53,543 nt of DNA from a virus (taxonomy: Duplodnaviria > Caudoviricetes): positions 1-53,543 of the IMG/VR virus record IMGVR_UViG_3300042888_002422, one strand, 5' to 3'. How positions within the stretch are numbered: position 1 is the stretch's first letter; each line of letters opens with the position of its first letter. Under the pieces are notes generated by a model. That model saw only the letters and a list, made by a program, of their open reading frames with translations, was not told where the DNA came from and ran no database searches. The position numbers were made by a program, and so were the translations under genes. Below are positions 40,147-50,674 of this stretch, one piece after another.

Positions 40147-40844
40147 TGGATTGGAGTAAGTTTAAAACAAAATTTCATACTAGTTGGCATTCTAAAATAC
40201 AAAAATTTATAGAAAGCCCAGAATGTGATGAGATATTTGCTTTTCTTAATTCTAAAAAAAATGAAGGGGCTAAAATAGCTCCTTCATCTTTTTGTTTATT
40301 TAGGGCATTTAAAGATACAAGTCTTGATGAATTAAAACTTGTTATAATTGGGGAAAATCCTTATAATATATTTGTAGAGGATGCTCCTATTGATACAGGA
40401 ATATTATTTGGAGCTAATAATAGAATACAGCCAAATTTACAAGAATTTTATGCAGGAATTGAAAATGAACTATACAATGGATTAGATCTTAGTATTATTT
40501 ATGATTATGATCTTACGTATTTAACTTCTCAGGGTGTTCTTATGATACCAAGTAGTTTTACTATTGAAAGAGATGCTGAAAAAGGTCATAATAAAATATG
40601 GAAACCTTTTATGGAATATATATTAAAAGAAATAATAGCAGACACTGGTGTACCAATATTATTTTTAGGAAGAAGTAAACAATATATGCCAGCAATGGAA
40701 CAATCAAATTATTGTTATTCTCTTCCTATGCCAGTATTCGGTAATATATGGAATACAGAAGGAACTATTAAAGCTATCAATTATGATATTTGGAGTACAA
40801 ATGAAGAAGTCATTTATTGGAGAGAAATAGAATTACCATTTTAA
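40146..40844 (+). CDS. Uracil-DNA glycosylase family-1-like protein with divergent active site
   Basis: IAP...FRAF..T...LKLVIIGENPY, QGVLM, H..IW.PF; lacks the GQDPY Asp and the HPS motif. Confidence 0.7.
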   Translation: MDWSKFKTKFHTSWHSKIQKFIESPECDEIFAFLNSKKNEGAKIAPSSFCLFRAFKDTSLDELKLVIIGENPYNIFVEDAPIDTGILFGANNRIQPNLQEFYAGIENELYNGLDLSIIYDYDLTYLTSQGVLMIPSSFTIERDAEKGHNKIWKPFMEYILKEIIADTGVPILFLGRSKQYMPAMEQSNYCYSLPMPVFGNIWNTEGTIKAINYDIWSTNEEVIYWREIELPF

Positions 40845-40855
40845 TAAAAACAAAT

Positions 40856-41908
40856 ATGAAAACAATATATAAAAAAGACAGTAAAGGAAATACTAGATAT
40901 TTAACTATTTCTACTGAAGACAATTTAATAATACAAGAATCAGGTATAGTAGGGACTATTAACCCTATATATAATAAAAGTGCTTGTGAGGCCAAAAATG
41001 TTGGAAGAGCTAATAGCACTACACCAGAAGAACAAGCTGTTTTAGAGGCTAATTCTAAAATTACAGAAAAGATGAGATTGGGGTATTTTACTTCTATTGA
41101 AGAAGCTCAAGAAAAAGGAGGCAAAGATTTTTTGTTACCTATGTTAGCTAAAGACTATAAAAAAGAATTTAAAAAAGTAACTTATCCATGTTATGTTCAA
41201 CCTAAATTAGATGGTATGAGATCATTAGCTACTGAAGAAGATGGTTTTATGTCAAGAACAGGAAAAGCTATTGATACTATTAATCATATAGTATTAAATG
41301 ATCTTGAAAATTCTGTTTTAGATGGTGAATTATATGCTCATGGAATTTCATTCCAAGAAAATATGAAACTTCTTAAAAAGTATAGAAAAGAAGAAACAGA
41401 ACAAGTTAAGTATCATGTTTATGATGTTGTTATGGATGCTCCTTTTTCTGAAAGACATAATTATTTATTTTCTTTAGCTATAGAAAATCAAAATATTAAA
41501 TTAGTACCTACGTATTTAGTCAATAATGAAGAAGAAATGAAAGAGTATCATGCTCAATTTGTATCTCAAGGGTATGAGGGCACTATGATAAGACACTCTG
41601 ATGAAGGGTATTCTGTAAACAAGAGAAGTTCTCAATTACTTAAATACAAAGACTTTATTGATGAAGTTTATACAGTTAATGAAATATGGCCTTCTGAAGC
41701 TAGACCTGATCAAGGTATAGTTGAATGTGTAACTTCTGAAGGTATTACTTTTACTTGTGGTATGAAATTTAGTCATGCTGATAGAGAAGAAATTTTAATT
41801 AATAAAGAAAACTATATTGGTAAAATGGCAGAAATTAGATTTTTTGAATATACAGATGGAGGATTGCCGAGATTTCCCATTTGTCATGGTTTCCGTTTAG
41901 ATGCCTAA
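40856..41908 (+). CDS. lig: ATP-dependent DNA ligase
   Basis: PMLA, QPKLDGMR (KxDG), LDGELY, YHVYD, YEGTMIR, LLKYK, PRFP. Confidence 0.93.
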   Translation: MKTIYKKDSKGNTRYLTISTEDNLIIQESGIVGTINPIYNKSACEAKNVGRANSTTPEEQAVLEANSKITEKMRLGYFTSIEEAQEKGGKDFLLPMLAKDYKKEFKKVTYPCYVQPKLDGMRSLATEEDGFMSRTGKAIDTINHIVLNDLENSVLDGELYAHGISFQENMKLLKKYRKEETEQVKYHVYDVVMDAPFSERHNYLFSLAIENQNIKLVPTYLVNNEEEMKEYHAQFVSQGYEGTMIRHSDEGYSVNKRSSQLLKYKDFIDEVYTVNEIWPSEARPDQGIVECVTSEGITFTCGMKFSHADREEILINKENYIGKMAEIRFFEYTDGGLPRFPICHGFRLDA

Positions 41909-41933
41909 ACTAAAAATTTTATTTACTGAAAGG

Positions 41934-41964
41934 TTTGGTATATTAAAAATTCCTACTATCTTTG
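41934..41964 (+). promoter_or_regulatory. Consensus Bacteroidota sigma70 promoter for the LAGLIDADG gene
   Basis: TTTG-N19-TATCTTTG. Confidence 0.75.
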
Positions 41965-41980
41965 TATTAAAATTAATATT

Positions 41981-42721
41981 ATGATACAATATTTAGCAGG
42001 AATTTTTGATTCAGAGGGGTATGTAAGAATAAGAAAAGTAAATAATTTTTACACTGTAGAAGCTAAAATCTACATTACTTCATTAGAAGTAATAAGTAAA
42101 TTTGCAGAGATTTATGGAGTAGAAATAAAATCTGAAGATAGGGGTAAACATAAAAAATTAGCTTATTATGTTGCTTTTGGTAAAGGACAATTACTGGGTA
42201 CTTCTTTTATTGAAGATATTTTACCTTTTCTTAATGAAAAAAGACTCCAATTACAAGAAGTTAAAAATCTTCTTTCAGGACAAGATAAAGAAGAATGTTA
42301 TCAAAGATACCTTTTAACTAAAAAAGAGTTTACTCATCCTATACAGAATGAATTATCTTTTGAGTATTTAGCAGGTATTATTGATGGAGATGGTTGGGTA
42401 AGTATGCACAATGCAGGAAAAGGAAAGTCTTTTTACAATAAATACTCAGTAGGATTACAACAAAGATATAAACCTTTAATTGACTATATGAATAGATTTA
42501 AAGGAAGCCAAACCCACACTTGTAAAGTATATGACTACCAATCTCATGTACAAACCTATTCTTGGCAAAATACTACAGCATCTATATTACCTTTTTTAAA
42601 AAGTATAGAGCCTTTTTTAATAGAGAAAAAAGAAAAGTGTGAAACATTAATTAAATACATTGAAAAGTATGAAGAATTTAGGCAGTACTCAAAAGAAGTA
42701 CTTACTTGGTGGAAAGAGTAA
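41981..42721 (+). CDS. Free-standing double-motif LAGLIDADG homing endonuclease
   Basis: YLAGIFDSEG and YLAGIIDGDG, each followed by a PFL.EK motif. Confidence 0.92.
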   Translation: MIQYLAGIFDSEGYVRIRKVNNFYTVEAKIYITSLEVISKFAEIYGVEIKSEDRGKHKKLAYYVAFGKGQLLGTSFIEDILPFLNEKRLQLQEVKNLLSGQDKEECYQRYLLTKKEFTHPIQNELSFEYLAGIIDGDGWVSMHNAGKGKSFYNKYSVGLQQRYKPLIDYMNRFKGSQTHTCKVYDYQSHVQTYSWQNTTASILPFLKSIEPFLIEKKEKCETLIKYIEKYEEFRQYSKEVLTWWKE

Positions 42722-42722
42722 T

Positions 42723-42755
42723 CCTGTATGTGTAGGATTTAGACTTGATAAATAA
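42723..42755 (+). pseudogene. Displaced second copy of the ligase 3' end
   Basis: CCT GTA TGT GTA GGA TTT AGA CTT GAT AAA TAA = PVCVGFRLDK*, versus the ligase end PICHGFRLDA*. Confidence 0.85.
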
Positions 42756-42810
42756 AGTTTTAAAATTATTATAATTAAATTTCTTATATTTGGGGCTAAT
42801 TAATAATATT

Positions 42811-43200
42811 ATGGCAAAAAGAGTATTAGTCCCAAAAATAAGAAATGCAGGAACATTAAGTGAAAGTGCATTCTGGTCTTTTATTAGAAGTTCTTTAAGA
42901 AGAAGAACAATGGTGTGGTTACCTATAAGGCAATGTAAGTTAAATGCTAAAAGACCTTATAAAGGAATTAACAAACGTCAAAAGTTTGAATACAAATGCA
43001 ATATTTGTAAATTGTATTTTCCTGAAAAAGAAGTTAGTGTAGATCATATAAAACCTGTAGGAACATTAACATGTGCGGCAGATTTACCTTTATTTGTAGA
43101 AAATCTTTTTTGCGAAGAACACAATTTACAATGTATTTGTAGTAAATGCCATGATGCAAAAACATTAAAAGAAAAACAAACTAAAAAGAAAACATTATGA
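42811..43200 (+). CDS. HNH endonuclease
   Basis: CNIC...VDHI...NLQCICSKCHDAKT. Confidence 0.85.
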   Translation: MAKRVLVPKIRNAGTLSESAFWSFIRSSLRRRTMVWLPIRQCKLNAKRPYKGINKRQKFEYKCNICKLYFPEKEVSVDHIKPVGTLTCAADLPLFVENLFCEEHNLQCICSKCHDAKTLKEKQTKKKTL

Positions 43201-43363
43201 TAAAAAATATTATAAGTAGAATTACAATGGTAAAAACATCTCAAGAAGGATTTTGGGATAGTATATCAAATAAAAAAATATATTATTGGCAAGATTGTTA
43301 TTTTAATATATACATGGCATGTTCAAGATGGGAATATAGAATTAAACTTAAATAAATTAAAAA

Positions 43364-43981
43364 GTGCAAAACTTAATAACGATTAATAAAGAACCTTCAT
43401 TTACTGAAATTTGGAGAGAAGGAGCAATTACACATGATGGAATAGAACATAAATTTTGGCTTATACATCCACAAGGTGTAGATCCTAATGGTTATGAATA
43501 TGAAGTTGATGTAAGATGGTTTTTTCAAAGAGTACCAAAAGAAGTAAGAGCTATGGCTCCACAAATTATAGAAGCATTTAAACAAACATTATGAAAACAT
43601 GGATATGGGAAAATGAACAACTCTTTAGTATAAACAGAGAGTTGCAAAGACTAATAGATGATAAGATAGTTAAAACTGTTGTATCAATGTCATTAGTAGC
43701 TACAGAAGATCCAAGAGGATCATTGTCATTATATAGTGCAATATTAATTTATAAGTAATATGAAAACAATAATTCACGTAAATCAACATGTGATAAAAGC
43801 CAATAGAAAAAATGGTGTAAAAAATCCTGTTCTTACAGTTAAAAATTACAAAGAAAATAAATATGCTCATGAAGTTGATATAAAAGGTCCTAGTAAGGTG
43901 GTATATAGTCCAGACAAACCATTAAGTTGTGGAGCACATGTTTGGATTGAGACATACGACGGAGTAACAATAATTAAATAA
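43364..43981 (+). CDS. Small hypothetical proteins (43364-43594, 43760-43981)
   Basis: ORF track; MKTIIHVNQH...LSCGAHVWIET looks like a conserved phage protein. Confidence 0.65.
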
Positions 43982-43984
43982 ATT

Positions 43985-44815
43985 ATGATAACAGGTGTAA
44001 AAAAAGAATTACCAATTGATGATATAAGAGTTGTTAAGAATGCTCCAAAAAAATATGATGATACAGAAAGAGTATTATTAATAGATGCTGATAGTATAAT
44101 GTATACAGCAACATATTTTCCAGAAGATTCATTAATTGATTTTCCTACAGAAGAGGAACAAATAGAAGAAGCTAAATACAGAACTAGAACCAAACTACAA
44201 GAAATACAAAATAATGTAGAAGAATGGTTCAATATTGTTCAGACCTATATATTTATAGGTGGAAAAAATAATTTTAGATATAAAATATTTCCAGAGTATA
44301 AAGCTAATAGAGCTACAGCTATTAAAAGTCCATATTTACCAATTGTAAGACAATATATGATAGATGAACTATTAGCTATTGAATCTCATGGAGGAGAAGC
44401 TGATGATTATATTATAGATGGTATACAAATAAGTGAAGGAAATTGCATTGTGAGCTCTATAGATAAAGATGTTTTATATCATGCAGCAAATGTACCTTTG
44501 TATGATTATAGAGGGCATACAAACACTCTAGGAGAGTTTAAATATATATCTACTAAAGAAAGTAGACTTGCCAGAGCTACACAAGTTGTAACAGGGGATT
44601 CTACTGATGGTATTCCAGGAGCAAAAGGTGTTGGAAAAGCTTGGTGTGATAAAAATATGCATATTGATATGACAGATTATCAATTTATAAAAGCAATTTA
44701 TCAAGCTTATTTAAAAGCTACAAAAAATGATGTTATAGAAGCCAAAAGACAAATAAGACTTTATTATAAAGTTTTAAAATTACACACACTAGAGGAGATG
44801 AAAAAATTAATATAA
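43985..44815 (+). CDS. 5'-3' exonuclease / flap endonuclease (phage RNase H-like)
   Basis: LLIDAD, FRY...YKANR, EADD, SIDKD, GDSTDGIPGAKGVG. Confidence 0.92.
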   Translation: MITGVKKELPIDDIRVVKNAPKKYDDTERVLLIDADSIMYTATYFPEDSLIDFPTEEEQIEEAKYRTRTKLQEIQNNVEEWFNIVQTYIFIGGKNNFRYKIFPEYKANRATAIKSPYLPIVRQYMIDELLAIESHGGEADDYIIDGIQISEGNCIVSSIDKDVLYHAANVPLYDYRGHTNTLGEFKYISTKESRLARATQVVTGDSTDGIPGAKGVGKAWCDKNMHIDMTDYQFIKAIYQAYLKATKNDVIEAKRQIRLYYKVLKLHTLEEMKKLI

Positions 44816-44816
44816 T

Positions 44817-47048
44817 ATGGAAATAAAAAAAACTATAACAAGTATTTTTATGGTTCCTACATTACAAATACCTAAAAATTGTTTAAAAGATAATGGATTT
44901 ATTAATGCTTATAGCAATGATAGCACTAAAGAAGAACAATATAAAGATTGTATTTATATTCTTTTTAAACCACCTAATTTAGATAAATTTAGAGAATTTT
45001 TAGAATCTGAGTATGAAAGAACTACAAATATAATAGAAGATTATGACTATGAAAAAGGTTATGTAGTAGTAGTTTATAAATTAAATGAAAAGTTTAAAAA
45101 AGATTTTGAATTAATTAAACGAGGTAAATACTCTAAAACATCTATTGAATATCAAAATATATTTCCTAAAGTTGTTAAAATTTTAAATAATGGTTTACAT
45201 AAAGATGAACTATCTCTTCAAATTAGAATATTTAAAAAGACAACAGATCTTGTAGAATTCTGGGAAGATAAATTAGGTGTAAGTTTTGATGAAGAACAAG
45301 AAGTTTGGGAAGGATTTGAGCCTGATAAAGAAATATTAATTTTAGAAAAAATAAAAGAATATGAATAATCAAGAAATATTAAATAACTTAATAAAACAAT
45401 TTGGCCTAAGCCAAAATATGGTTCAATTTTGTAAAATAGCTTTTACAATGTATGATATAAAATATACAGCAGCTAAAACAGAAAGTACAAAAAATGAATA
45501 TGAATATGATCGTAACTGGTGGCTTGATGCTGCGCAACAATTAACAAATAACAATGAAATCAATAGACTTATTAAATAAATACTCTTTAGCAACAAAAGT
45601 TATTAAAGACTGGTATATGAAAGAAATGTTAAAATCTTTAAAAGACAATGACATTCCAGAAGATTTTAAACAATCTTTGTTAAAAGAAGGTGTAAGTAAT
45701 GAAAGACTTGCAGAAGTAATAGATATTCAACCTAGAAATCTGTTTGATATATTTGATGAATGTAATTTATCTATAAATATTATAAGAACTCCTAATAGCA
45801 AAGAAGAATGGGAATGGGAGATAATGCAAGCATCTGCTGAAAATTTTGTTTGTAAATCTAGAAAAGAAGCAGAAACACATGCTGTAGAAGCTGCATTTGA
45901 AATTTTAGAGAGTAAATTAACACCAATTGATTTACCAAAATTAGAAGAATAATTAGGAATAATCAGGGAAATAAATTATATTTGTTTCCCTAAATTTAAA
46001 AAATATAAAAATGACAACAACAAAAGAATTTAATACAGAATATGCAAATTATATAGAAACAGGTTTTGATGGGATGGAAATTGGTGTGCCTTCAGTGATA
46101 CATTATATAAATACAGTGTTTAAAGACCTTGTTAAAATTCCAGGATTTAAATATTCACAAATTAAAACTAAATTTGGTTTACCTAGAGTTTATACTAATT
46201 TAGATGAATTACTTCCATTTGTAGGAAGAATTATTAATAATGAGTTAGAAGAAAAAATTAGTCTTTTATTAAAAGTAGAATTTGAAGTGGAACAAAGATT
46301 ATTAAGTTTAAATATAGACAAAAATGGAAAACCTCTTCAATCTCTTTAAAGGATTATTAATAACATTTCCTACTTATAAAGGAATAGTGTGTGGGTATGA
46401 TGAAAGTAGATTTATTCTTGCTGTAGAAACTAAAGATGATAAAAAGTTTTTTAGAAAATTACAATATGATGTTATACTTCCTGAATATAAAGATTCTAAG
46501 TATAGATATATATTTATCAATGAAAGTGATATATTAAAACAACATTCACTATGACATTAAAAGAAATATCTATTAAATATAATATACAAACTGATACATT
46601 AATAAGAAGAGCAGGTAGATTAAAATTTATACGTGTAAATGGAAAATACACAGAAGAACAAGTTAAATTAATTAGTCATCCGGTTAATCTATCTTTAAAG
46701 ACTATATTACTGATATATGAATTTAAAGAAAGGTATCCATCACTATCTCCAGTAATGATAGCAGATATGTTTAATATAAATCAATTAAAAGTTGTAGATC
46801 TTTTTTTAAAAGATTTTATAATAGTACCATCTAAAATGAATTAATTTTTGTACATTAGCATTATGAAATTTACTAATATTATGAGTAACAAAGACTATAT
46901 AGAGCATGTAGATTACTATTTAGAAGATGGTAGAGTCTATTTTACGGAAAAATATCTCAAAGAAAGAGAAGGTTGTTGTGGACTAGAACATTGTAGACAT
47001 TGTCCATATACAAAAAAAATAAAAGATAATACAGAATTAAAAAAATAA
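44817..47048 (+). CDS. Run of hypothetical proteins (44817-45368, 45361-45579, 45554-45952, 46011-46349, 46324-46554, 46551-46844, ~46863-47048 with CC..CRHCPY)
   Basis: Packed same-strand ORFs. Confidence 0.7.
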
Positions 47049-47080
47049 TTATTGTTTTTCTATTTTTAAATTGTGAATAT

Positions 47081-47114
47081 GCCCTAAGAACTCACCCAAG
47101 TTCTTGGGGTTTTT
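47081..47114 (+). terminator. Rho-independent terminator
   Basis: GCCCTAAGAACT-CACCCA-AGTTCTTGGGGT-TTTT. Confidence 0.75.
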
Positions 47115-47164
47115 CATCTGTAAGAATTAAAAACATTTAACAACAACAATTAAAACAATTAACA

Positions 47165-48193
47165 ATGGCAAAAGTAAAAGTAGTAAAAGAAGGAATGGAT
47201 CTAGTACTTGAAGGACTAGAAAAGAAGTATGGTTTAGGTAGACTTGTACCAGAAGATTTAACAATCGTTAGTACAGGGAGTTTACAATTAAATCAAGCAA
47301 TGGGTGTTGGAGGAACAGCTGTAGGAAAGTTTATAGAACTTTTTGGAGGTGAATCAAGTGGTAAAACTACACTAACTTTACATCAAATGGCAGAATATCA
47401 AAAAGCTTTTCCTAATAAAAAAGTAGCTTTATTTGATTATGAGCATGCCTTTGATAAAAAGTATGCGAATGCATTAGGTGTTGATGTAAAAAATTTATTA
47501 ATATATCAACCAGAAACTCAAGAAGAAGGTTATGATATGATTTTAGCTTTAATAGAAAATGATATTATTTCATGCTGTGTAATTGATAGTCAATCTGCAG
47601 CAATGCCTAAAGCTATTTTACAAGGAGAAATGGGAGATGCAACTATTGGTTTACAAGCTAGAATCAATAGTAAGTTTTGTATGAAAGTAAAAGGTTTATT
47701 AGCTAATCATAATTGTACATTATTTGTAATCTCTCAAATGAGAGATGCAATTGGTTCTATGGGTGAACCTACTACAACTACAGGAGGAAAAGCTATTAAA
47801 TTTTACGCTGATGTAAGATGGAAAGTTTGGAAAATGAATGATAAAATTAATGAGCTTAATAAAACTACTGTAGATGTAATTAAAAATAAATTAGCATCAC
47901 CATTTGGCCAAGCTAAATTTGCTATACAATGGGGACATGGTATTGATAAACTTACAGAAATTATTGATTATGCTGTAGAATTTGATTTAATCAAAAAAGG
48001 AGGAGCTGGTTGGTTTACATTAGAAGATGGTAGTAAACTACAAGGTATGGATAAAATGAAAGATTATTTAGAAGAAAACTTTGAAATACTATTAGATATT
48101 GAAAAACAAGTATTAAGTAAATTAAATAACGAAGAATCTGATGTTGAAGAAGATACTATTCTAGTTATTGAAACAGACCTTTCTGAATTATGA
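47165..48193 (+). CDS. recA: RecA-family recombinase
   Basis: STGSLQLNQAMGVGG, GGESSGKTT, DYEHAFD, IDS, GLQAR, TTGGKAIKFYADVR, KNKLASPF. Confidence 0.95.
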   Translation: MAKVKVVKEGMDLVLEGLEKKYGLGRLVPEDLTIVSTGSLQLNQAMGVGGTAVGKFIELFGGESSGKTTLTLHQMAEYQKAFPNKKVALFDYEHAFDKKYANALGVDVKNLLIYQPETQEEGYDMILALIENDIISCCVIDSQSAAMPKAILQGEMGDATIGLQARINSKFCMKVKGLLANHNCTLFVISQMRDAIGSMGEPTTTTGGKAIKFYADVRWKVWKMNDKINELNKTTVDVIKNKLASPFGQAKFAIQWGHGIDKLTEIIDYAVEFDLIKKGGAGWFTLEDGSKLQGMDKMKDYLEENFEILLDIEKQVLSKLNNEESDVEEDTILVIETDLSEL

Positions 48194-48906
48194 GTATTAT
48201 AAGTATTAATGGAAAGATTTCTTCAGGAAAAGATACTATAGGTAAGATTATTCAACATCTTACCTCTGATTGGGCAGATGAAGAATTTGAAGATACAGAC
48301 ATGTTAGATATTAGAAGTGATTGGAAAATCAAGAAGTTTGCAGGAAAGTTAAAAACTATTGCATCATTACTTACTGGTGTTCCTGTAGAAATGTTTGAAG
48401 ATCAAGAGTTTAAGAAACAATATATGTCTAATGAATGGAATACTGATTTTACAGAAGTAGAAGACAAGTATGAAGGTAGAATGACATATAGAGAGTTTCT
48501 TCAAAAGCTTGGTACAGAAGCAATGCGTGATGGATTACATACTAATGTATGGTGCAATGCCTTATTTTCAGATTATCATCCTACTCCTAATAAAAGTATG
48601 GAGGAGTCTTTCAAAGAACAGTTTGTAACTGGTAGGTCAGAAATACATTATAAACTTCCTAACTGGATTATCACAGATATGAGATTTCCTAATGAGATGG
48701 AAGCTGTAAAATCAAGAGATGGTATTACCATTAGAGTGACAAGACCTGTACATGCATTATCTCAAGAAAACCATTGTGGATTATTGCACCCCAGTGAAAC
48801 AAGTCTTGATGATGTAACATTTGATTATGAAATTATTAATGATGGAAGTCTTGAAGATCTTGTAGAAAAAGTTAGAGAAATATTAATAACAGAAAAAATA
48901 ATATGA
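48190..48906 (+). CDS. Deoxynucleoside monophosphate kinase
   Basis: GKISSGKDT, FAGKLK, REFLQKLGTE, ITDMRFPNE, HPSE, I.NDG. Confidence 0.9.
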   Translation: MSIISINGKISSGKDTIGKIIQHLTSDWADEEFEDTDMLDIRSDWKIKKFAGKLKTIASLLTGVPVEMFEDQEFKKQYMSNEWNTDFTEVEDKYEGRMTYREFLQKLGTEAMRDGLHTNVWCNALFSDYHPTPNKSMEESFKEQFVTGRSEIHYKLPNWIITDMRFPNEMEAVKSRDGITIRVTRPVHALSQENHCGLLHPSETSLDDVTFDYEIINDGSLEDLVEKVREILITEKII

Positions 48907-49328
48907 CAATAAATGTGGATTTTGATGGTACCTGTGTAACACATAGTTTTCCAAACATTGGGCAAAGTATTGGTGCTGCACCAGTATTAAAGAAGTTAGT
49001 ACATGCTGGACATAAATTGATTCTTTTTACTATGAGAAGTAATAGAATTACTTTTAAAAATGTAGGAGAACATATTACACCAGATACAAAAGGCACATTC
49101 TTGAATGATGCTATACAATGGTTTATAGATAACGATATTCCTTTATATGGAGTGCAATCTAATCCTGACCAACATAATTGGACAGAGAGTCCAAAAAGCT
49201 ATGCTGAGTTAATGATAGATGATTCTGCTTTAGGATGTCCATTAAAATATGATAGTACTTTATCACATAGACCATTTGTAGATTGGGAAAAAGTAGAACA
49301 ATTATTAATAGAACAAAAAATAATATGA
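48903..49328 (+). CDS. HAD-superfamily hydrolase
   Basis: VDFDGT, LFTMR, K..A...IDD. Confidence 0.85.
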   Translation: MTINVDFDGTCVTHSFPNIGQSIGAAPVLKKLVHAGHKLILFTMRSNRITFKNVGEHITPDTKGTFLNDAIQWFIDNDIPLYGVQSNPDQHNWTESPKSYAELMIDDSALGCPLKYDSTLSHRPFVDWEKVEQLLIEQKII

Positions 49329-49585
49329 TAAACTTTGATTTTCCTCAATTATGTACAAAATGCCAAGGGTATAAAACTATGCCTTATACCTGGAGTAGCA
49401 CTGTAACAGCAAAGATGTGTACATGTATAAGTCCTACAACATTAGCATGGGAATGCCCTAGATGCCATAAAGTAAATGCTCCTTTTAAAAATAGTTGTAA
49501 TTGTCTTCCATTTAATCCTATGGGTGGGCAACCAAGTAAATATTTAGGAGATGAGATTGGACAATTTAATATTACACATAAATAA
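49325..49585 (+). CDS. Small zinc-ribbon protein
   Basis: CTKC, WECPRC..VNAP....C.C. Confidence 0.65.
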   Translation: MINFDFPQLCTKCQGYKTMPYTWSSTVTAKMCTCISPTTLAWECPRCHKVNAPFKNSCNCLPFNPMGGQPSKYLGDEIGQFNITHK

Positions 49586-49614
49586 TATTAAAATAACGTT
49601 TTTAAGAAAAAAAA

Positions 49615-50082
49615 ATGAACTGTAAAAAATGTGGTGCCAAAGCATTATCAGAACTTTGTTTTAAATGTAAACCTAAAAAACCCTTATCTTCTGGTAAGGG
49701 TTTAAATAGGAAAATGTCTGCTATTTCTAACAAAAAGCCTAATATTGTAGAGAATAACAAACATTTGTATATAAGTAAATCTGTAATAGAATTATTTAAA
49801 AGAGAAGCAAAAAGAGAATTATTAGAAGATTTTTTTAAATTATGCTGGAAAAATAAACCACATTATAGTGAAGTTAGTGGAAAATTTTTATCAAATACAT
49901 GTTCATCTTTATACCAACATCATATATTAGCTAAAAGTAAATATCCAGAGGCTTGTTTTGATGAAGAAAATATTGTATTTTTGACAGCTGATGAACATGC
50001 TAGTGTTGAATTAGATATGTATAAATATGAATACATTAATAAAAAAAGAGAACAATTAAAAATTAAATATAAATTATTATGA
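49615..50082 (+). CDS. HNH-like nuclease with N-terminal zinc finger
   Basis: CKKC...CFKC; SEVSG...HHILAKSKYPE...ENI..LT..EH. Confidence 0.65.
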   Translation: MNCKKCGAKALSELCFKCKPKKPLSSGKGLNRKMSAISNKKPNIVENNKHLYISKSVIELFKREAKRELLEDFFKLCWKNKPHYSEVSGKFLSNTCSSLYQHHILAKSKYPEACFDEENIVFLTADEHASVELDMYKYEYINKKREQLKIKYKLL

Positions 50083-50357
50083 AAAACCAATTTTTGTACA
50101 CAGCTACTATAGCTGACAAGAAGTTTCCTGCTTCTTTTAACCTGTCTAAAGTGATTAGATCACTTACTAATGAAGATGGAAGTCTTATTGTCATTTTAGA
50201 TGACTTTAATGAAAGAGTAACACAACAACCAGATGTAGATATTAAAACAAACAAGTTTAAAGGCTACAAAAGTGTAAGAGAAACAGTACAATCTGAAATT
50301 GTATTATCACCAGAAGATGGAGCAAGATTTTTTCAATCAACAGAATATAAATCATAA
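50079..50357 (+). CDS. Hypothetical protein
   Basis: 92-aa ORF. Confidence 0.75.
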   Translation: MKNQFLYTATIADKKFPASFNLSKVIRSLTNEDGSLIVILDDFNERVTQQPDVDIKTNKFKGYKSVRETVQSEIVLSPEDGARFFQSTEYKS

Positions 50358-50359
50358 TT

Positions 50360-50674
50360 ATGAAAGAGTTTAAACAACTAAGAGGCACTAGAATTTATTT
50401 AGAAATGCCGGAAGAACCAAAAAGTTTATTGCATTTAGATGATGAGTCAAAATTAGCTATTGAAGCTGAAAAAATGAAAAAATGGGGAAGATTAACAGTG
50501 TATGCTGTTGGTAATTCTGTTAATGCAGGTGTAGATGAAGAATTTCATATTAAAGAAGGAGATGTTGTAATGATTGATCCTACTGCTGCAAGTAAAATTG
50601 TAAAAATTCCTTTATCTGAAGATGTAGAAGTATTAATGCTTTCTAGTTTTGATATTGCACATATCTGGAAATAA
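50360..50674 (+). CDS. GroES-like co-chaperonin
   Basis: KQLRGTRIYL...TVYAVG...IKEGDVV...DIAHI follows the GroES pattern. Confidence 0.7.
   Translation: MKEFKQLRGTRIYLEMPEEPKSLLHLDDESKLAIEAEKMKKWGRLTVYAVGNSVNAGVDEEFHIKEGDVVMIDPTAASKIVKIPLSEDVEVLMLSSFDIAHIWK

Noticed and set aside
41909-42722. LAGLIDADG as part of an intron or intein in the ligase
   Set aside because: The ligase has its own stop, only 72 nt precede and 1 nt follows the ORF, and there are no P/Q/R/S or intein terminal motifs
17165-50254. Minus-strand ORFs within the rightward arm (e.g. 17165, 20036, 24608, 33412, 43867)
   Set aside because: Fully overlap well-supported plus-strand genes; F/I/S-rich antisense composition
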